From the human T2T-CHM13v2.0 reference genome, Homo sapiens, in the NCBI RefSeq assembly GCF_009914755.1, contig NC_060939.1: 64,000 bases of DNA. One strand, written 5' to 3'. The position numbers were made by a program, and so were the translations under genes. Of the stretch, positions 49,282-64,000 are shown one piece after another. The stretch's first letter is position 1. Each line of letters opens with the position of its first letter. The notes below the pieces were generated by a model that made no database searches, was not told where the DNA came from, and worked only from the letters and a program-made list of their open reading frames with translations.

Positions 49282-49950
49282 TTTTTCTTTTTTTTTTTTT
49301 TTTTGAGACGGAGTCTCGCTCTGTCGCCCAGGCTGGAGTGCAATGGCGCAATCTCGGCTCACTGCAAGCTCCGCCTCCTCGGTTAACGCCATTCTCCTAC
49401 CTCAGCCTCCCGAGAAGCTGGGACTACAGGCGCGTGTCACCACACCCGGCTAATTTTTTGTATTTTTTGTAGAGACGGGGTTTCACCGTGTTAGCCAGGA
49501 TGGTCTCGATCCTCTGACCTCCTGATCCGCCCGTCTTGGCCTCCCAAAGTACTGGGAATACAGGCGTGAGCCACCGCGCCCGGCCTGGTTTTACTTTTAA
49601 CAAGAGGAGTGGGCCGCACGCGGTGGCTCACGCCTGTAATCCCAACACTTTGGGAGGCCGAGGCGGGCGGATCACGAGGTCAGGAGTTCCAGACCAGCCA
49701 GGCCAATATGGTGAAACCCCGTCTCTACAAAAAAACACAAAAATTGGCCAGGCGTGGTGGCGCGCCTGTAGTCCCAGCTACTTGGGAGCTGAGGCAGGAA
49801 AATCACTGGAACCCGGGAGGCAGAAGTTGCAGTGAGCCCAGATTGCGCCACTGCACTCCAGCCTGGACTACAAGAGCGAAACTCCGTCTCAAAAAAAAAA
49901 ACAAAAACAAAAACAAAAAAAAAACCTAACAACAGCAACAACAACAAAAA
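49282..49950. repeat. Head-to-head inverted Alu pair in the PIGBOS1 intron (49282-49585 minus; 49611-49950 plus)
   Basis: Two CpG-rich Alus about 25 bp apart. Confidence 0.9.
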
Positions 49951-50076
49951 AAATAGGAACCATTCGGCCTGTTTCCACATCTGTACAACAAGCTAAATCA
50001 TCCCTACCCTGCCTACCTCGTTGAACAGGCATTTTTTGTGAGAGCAACGAACCTGAAATGTTAACACCAACACTGA

Positions 50077-50607
<531 letters not shown>

Positions 50608-51294
50608 TGAGGGGACACTGTCTGGAGAGCTCCTACCCCCATCTAAAAGGAACCCCCTCCATTTCATTACCAGCCAGTTGCCCGTTGAGCTCTGTGTTGC
50701 CAGATCTTGAGTTTTGAAATGCTGGGAAATGCTGGAAACACAGATTTTAATATAAATTCTGATTTTTAAATGTTGGCAACTAAATTCAATTTTTTAAAAA
50801 ATACTCTGTATTTGGCCGACAGGCTGTCCATTTGTGGTCAAGAGCAGGACTTTGGAGACATCACACAGACCCGGGTTTGAATCCTGATAAGTAATTTACA
50901 ACTTTATTTGGACAAGGCAGTTTAATTTCTGGGCCTCAATTTGCTCGTCTGTAAAATGGGGCTAATAATACCTATCCCATAATATTGTTTGGAGGATTAA
51001 GTGAGATGCATGTGAAGAAATTAACACAGTGCCTGGCATATATAATAGTAATCATCAATATATATGTACAGAGGACCATTTTATATTGCACATATACAAA
51101 GGGCTGCTTCCCAAATTAGTAATTTGTTAGCTGGTTTCTTTCATTAGATACACACATAGTATGACCTAATTAATTAGCCTAAGGCCTTAGTTAACCCACT
51201 CTTTTTTTTTTGTATTTATTTTAATATTATCTTTACACAATAAGTTGCAAGAAAAGTTGGTTAAACTAAAAGAGTGGCAGTCACCCAGTGATGA

Positions 51295-52600
<1,306 letters not shown>

Positions 52601-52773
52601 TAAATGATATTGGGGCCATGGAATTTGTTTTTAAAAGGCTACTGTTGCTGAAGTCCAGCCATATCTGGGAAGCCCATGATACTACAGACATACTGTGATG
52701 TGTAACTCTTTAGTTTGTGCTGAAATACAAGACTGAGCATGAAAATATCCTGCTATGAGGAATCCTGTTATGA

Positions 52774-53466
<693 letters not shown>

Positions 53467-54529
53467 CTAAACCCACTGAGGATTTAGTGTTGAAATTAAA
53501 ACTTTAAAATTTTTAATTTGACAAACATTTAATGATCTGCATAATCATCGTCCTATATAGTAATTAGGCATCAACAGTAAGTAGGATTGTAATTCCTAGG
53601 CTATTAATTGCTGGGGTCAGTTGCCAGGAGATAGTACAAGGGCAGGACTAATGGTGTAAAAGTTTCTCTAGCCTCACTCCCATGATCTTTTAAGCTGTCA
53701 TCAGATGAGACTCAGAGTTTGTGCTCCCCCCGATTTCTGTCAGTGGGGGTTAATGGCTCAGCATTCCAAAGGCAGTCCAAATCCTGACGTGTTTTGTGTA
53801 GCTTAGAAAGACACAGGTTCTAGGGTATTTGTTTTAAGGTGGGGTTGTACTCTCCCCATTGCAATATTTGCTTCCGTTATTGAGAAATTAGGGTTAAACC
53901 AGTGAAACCGATGCTTCAAATGGGAAGATGATGGGGAAGGAGAATTCAGAGCAGTAGCAGAGTTTCTTCCATTAACAACAGGCAGAATTTAGGAGCCGCA
54001 ACCTGGCTTTTCTTCTCTTACAGTTATCTACTAGTTTATAGATTATGCAAGGTATCCATAAAGTCTGGAATCACAAGAAAATATACATAATCTCATCAAT
54101 GACAGTTTATATCCCAGGAAGTAGGTCAGATTACAAATGAAGAGGTCTTCAAGATAGAAAAATTTCCTGCTCCTCCAAGACCTATCCACTGCCCTCCATC
54201 TGTAGCTGACCCACCAGGTCATTTTGTGATGTGAAGGAAGCCTCCCCTGACCTGCTCCAACCCCTCTAAAAGGAACTCATTGTCGTATCTAGAACTTGAC
54301 CCTGTAGAGATTCATTAGGATATGATCAGTCATTCATACTCTCATATTGATTATTTTAAGCAAATTATATACATAATTTTGAAGCTAGAAGAGGTTGGAG
54401 AAGTGAAGTAAATAGACCAAGGTCACAACGTGTTAAAAGCAGAACTAGAGCTAAATCCCAGGTCTATTTACTCACAGCCTAGTGCTCTTCCCAGATGGCT
54501 CCTCTACAAACTGCATAAGGCTTATGCAC

Positions 54530-58310
<3,781 letters not shown>

Positions 58311-58710
58311 AATTTAAAAATATATTTATAATATATGTGTGTGTATATATGTCATATATATGCACACATACAGAGAATGAGACTGGTAAATATCATATTT
58401 ATATATAAATATATATATTTATATTTATAATATATTTTATATATAACATATGTGTATATATGTCATATATACACACACATACAGAGAATGAGACTGGTAA
58501 AACTTAAAACTACATTGATTATTTTAATGAGAATATAATTTTTGTAGAAAAGGGGATGTAGGGATGTAGTTTTGTGGAAGAATAGAAAAATATATTGCCT
58601 ATTTTTGTACTAAGAATGGCTTCCCATAGATAGTTGGATCAGCTTGTTGACTTTTATCATAATTCAGTTTGAACCAACAGATATTTTTAACATCCTGTTC
58701 TTCTTTTTAA

Positions 58711-58878
<168 letters not shown>

Positions 58879-59279
58879 TAAAGCACATGGAAACATTGAT
58901 TCCCAAAACAATTTTAGAAGATAATTCATACAACTTTATAGAGGTACTTCCATAAATAAGAACAGTAATATGCAAGTGGCACCTGCCATATCTTTCCTTC
59001 GGATTAAGCCCTGCACAGTGTAAGCCACTGATGCCCTCAAACCCTATGAGAGTCTAAACCCTGGGAGACAACCTTTGGAAGCCCCTTCACTCCTCAAAAC
59101 TGTCCTTGCCTCTCTTTCCATAGAATTGAGTAGGGATCGTTCTAAATTACCAGCTACCTCACAAAGCATCTTAGCTATTTACAACCCTTGTTCTGTTCCT
59201 CTAGCCAGCCTCTATCTGAGGTGCAGCCCGAGAAATCTTTTTGCACTGAAACTCTCACTTCTGAATGGGATGTTGGAAG

Positions 59280-59343
59280 TATTAGGTTGGTGCAAAAGTA
59301 ATTGTCGTTTGTGCCACAACAATATTAGGTTGGTGCAATTACT
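59280..59343. mobile_element. Rearranged MADE1 (Hsmar1 mariner MITE)
   Basis: TATTAGGTTGGTGCAAAAGTAATTG TIR and a second TATTAGGTTGGTGCAA. Confidence 0.8.
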
Positions 59344-59874
59344 GGACTCATGTAAGGAAGAAAGTATAGTATGCAAGACTATCTTTTGTCGTTTGACTTA
59401 TTTCAAGGTGGGAAGATAGATTCCTGACATCTCCCACTCCAATCTTGAATGGATTTTTCCCATTTAAACAATACCCTGATGAGGGATTGGATTCTGTAGT
59501 ACTGTCGTTAATTCACTTGGCTCTTTGTAAAGTTAATAAGCTTATATGAGCCTGTTTGAAAGTCTTAACTACCTTTTTTATATTGTTTCTATTGGAAAAT
59601 ACATTCTAAATTCCAAGTAACCAATTTAGCAACATATTTCTGAAATATAATTTATTAATAAATTAGAAAGGGAACATTTCTGCAGGTATTCTATTCCTTT
59701 GCATTAAAAAGAAAGATTGGTTTAGCAACTAAGTCCTTGCTAATTGATTCAGCAATATGGTTAGCCTCATTATTTTGTGCTTATACTTTATGTACATTGC
59801 AGAAGGCTCAACATAAAATGGTAGGCAAAAGTCATGATGGCTTTGAAGTCCTTCCTCCAAAGATACAGCACTAG

Positions 59875-60157
59875 GGCCGGGCATGGTGGCTCACCCCTAT
59901 AATCCCAGCACTTTGGGAGGCTGAGGTGGGCGGATCACAAGGTCCGGAGTTCGAGACCAGCCTGGCCAACACGGTGAAACCCTGTCTCTACTAAAAATAC
60001 AAAAATTATCCAGGCGTGGTGGCAGACACCTGTAATCCCAGCTACTCGGGAGGCTAAGGCAGGAGAATTGCTTGAACCCAGGAGGCAGAGATTGTGCCAC
60101 TGCACTCTAACCTGGGTGACAGAGCAAGAGCAAGACTCCTTCTCGAAGAAAAAAAAA
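59875..60157 (+). repeat. AluS
   Basis: TSD GATACAGCACTAG on both sides. Confidence 0.9.
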
Positions 60158-60912
60158 GGATACAGCACTAGGTTCTTCTAGTTTAGGGAAAACCTTTACT
60201 TTCATGAAAATTGGGAACATTTTTTAAAGGCTATATTTGGTGAGATGGGAAGCTAGTGCCACATGCTTAACAATTGCCTCAACTAACAAGTTTCTTTTAA
60301 CACATTTGTTTTGTAGACTTAATGGTGCTCTGTGTGCATGTTCTTCCAAAAACTGATTCATTAATTTAGTCAATCTCCAAATTAAAATTTAATAATGTCT
60401 CCTGACTTTTTTTTCCTCTTTCCTCTTTTGTCTTAATTTTTCATCAGCGTTCCAAAACAGGGAGACATTCCAAACAAGTGCAACATTCCAAACAAGGTCA
60501 ACAAAAAAACAGTCATAATACTTGTGTCAGTACTATAAGACAGTTTGAGAAATATTGATTGGAAGAATCTAGTTATGAATTTCAATCATCTGTAAACTCT
60601 ACCATCAAAGAATCTGTTTTTTATGTGTTTCATTAATGGAAAGTGGGATTTTAAATCAAATGAAGTGCCATAAAAATGCACCTGAAAGTATAAACTTCTT
60701 AACATGAACAAATATAGATCTGCTATTATCATAAACCTGTGTTTCATGTAACTTTCTAAAAACGACGTTTGGGCATGCCTACTTACTTTAACATCATCTA
60801 CCTTTTGATGTCCTTTTCACAATATTTAGACTTGCTTGCTATTTAGAAGATAATATGTACTAAGGTTTTCCATTTCCAATTTCATATATGTTTGCTCTGT
60901 ACTTTTTCTTAG

Positions 60913-61044
<132 letters not shown>

Positions 61045-62620
61045 TAAGAAAAATTATTGTTAATAATTATGTTCAAAATTCTACTTTTGAAAAATCTTAA
61101 ATATCAACATATTGTAATGTCTAGTAGACCCCCTAATTTTCATGAGTCATGAGAACCACAAATTTTCAGTTGATATATTATAGCAGAAAACAGATAATAC
61201 TCAAACAGGATAATTAAGGAGAGTTTAACAAAAGGAATATTTGCAAAGGTTTAGACAATATTTAGAAAAGCCAATAAGGAAACACCATAGTACCCCCAGC
61301 ATGGTTATAGTAGGAAGTCTGTATTATCTCTAGGCCCCAAGGAGCAAGGAGAAGAAATGGTTACTGGAATCTATAAAAAGCTGTAATTGTAAGAGAGTGC
61401 CCCAGCAGGGACAGGCACAGCCAGCCTTTAGCAATAATGAGGAGACAGCCAGGGAACTAAATAATCCTGACCCAACTCTTCTGCCTCTCAACCCAAAACA
61501 GTCAGAAGCCAGAAAGCAAGGTAGCCACTGATGCTGTCCATTCAGGTCAGCTTTCCTGCGTGCAGACTGGATAAAGGCTGGAGGAGAAGAGTTTTGGAAG
61601 GGCAAATAGGAAATACTTGGACTTTATTTGGCTTCCTTTAAACTGGGGAAACAAATACCACGCAATGGGAACATGAGTGAAGGCATAGAACTGTAAATGG
61701 GCTCCATTTACAGTTACAGTTACAGTATATTCAAGGCAGATTGTCCAGAGTAGTTATAGAGTGTTGTAGGATGCATGGAAGAAGAGAAGAAGAAGGGATG
61801 AGGCTGGAATGAGACTTTGAATTTGGATTTTATTCTGTAGGTAATAGGGAACCATTTGAGGCGTTTGAGTAGCATGACATAATCAAATCTGATTTTGAAA
61901 AACTTCTTTTGTAATAGCAGTATTTAGGATATACTGAAAGGAGAAAAGCCAGAATTTGGGATCTAGTTAAAATTCTAGTATCCATTCTTCCTACACAAAA
62001 GGTTGTTAGGATGATCAAATCAAATAAGATCATTTCTGTCTTAGACTCTCTTAACTACAAGAAAAAGCATTCACTCAAGTTACGTATATGATGAGGACTT
62101 TATTTTAAGGCTAAAAGGGAAAATGGGCATCTCAAGCCTTGTGGCTAGGACTGGAAGAAAACTGTAGAATATCTGAGCCACACAAATGAATTGAAATGTT
62201 ATGCAGAATCCAAGGCAGTTTTGGGGAATGGACTGTTTTGTTGTGCCTTTATATCCCAAATAGCCTATGAATCCTGCCTTAGTCTTCCATCATTTAGGGG
62301 CTTAGCTAGTCTCTCCACTTCTGTTTTTGCTAGCAATTACCCAGATTTCTCCATATCTCACGTTCAGCTTGAGAGAATCGAATTAGGTCCATTAAATCTC
62401 ATTGTCTCTATCTGGACATAACTTTATTTCACACTGGCCAGCCTTAGATTGGCTACCTGGGCCCAGGTGCCCTTCCCTAATTCAGTCAGGAAGCGCAAGG
62501 GTCACATGGTACAAAAGGACTGCTATATAAGCATTTTTCCTTGTATAAGCATGACAGATACTATTCCAGACCTGACAATAAAATGACATTTTGCACACTC
62601 CTTTAAAAAATGCAACTATT

Positions 62621-63892
<1,272 letters not shown>

Positions 63893-64000
63893 TAATAGGT
63901 ATATAATGGTAATATAGGTTGTCTTATTTTGCTTTCTTTTAATTTTTTACAGGACTAAGTATTTTTCCACATAATAATATACTATCCATAGTCCTCATGA

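Overview
Human genomic DNA. From the protein sequences I recognise it as the RAB27A / PIGBOS1 / PIGB locus (chr15q21.3, from recall). Minus strand: RAB27A non-coding 5' exons (1330-1449 and 20908-~21010, under a CpG island) and the 54-aa microprotein gene PIGBOS1 (CDS 48817-48981), which is too short to appear in the ORF track. Plus strand: PIGB coding exons 1-5 (50440-61043), sharing a bidirectional CpG promoter with PIGBOS1. PIGB intron 2 is a minor-spliceosome (U12) intron that appears to end in a non-canonical AA. Between RAB27A and PIGBOS1 lies a nested retroelement pile: a MER11 solo LTR inside an Alu head, a 5'-truncated SVA, and a 7.5-kb HERV-W copy that is an L1-mobilised, spliced processed pseudogene (R-U5...U3-R-polyA, Arg-type PBS, broken gag/pol/env). 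The window also holds a tailless 5S rRNA retropseudogene, several L1 fragments, about 40 Alus and DNA-transposon fossils. There is no CRISPR or prokaryotic system. Gene and repeat-family names come from recall, not database searches.
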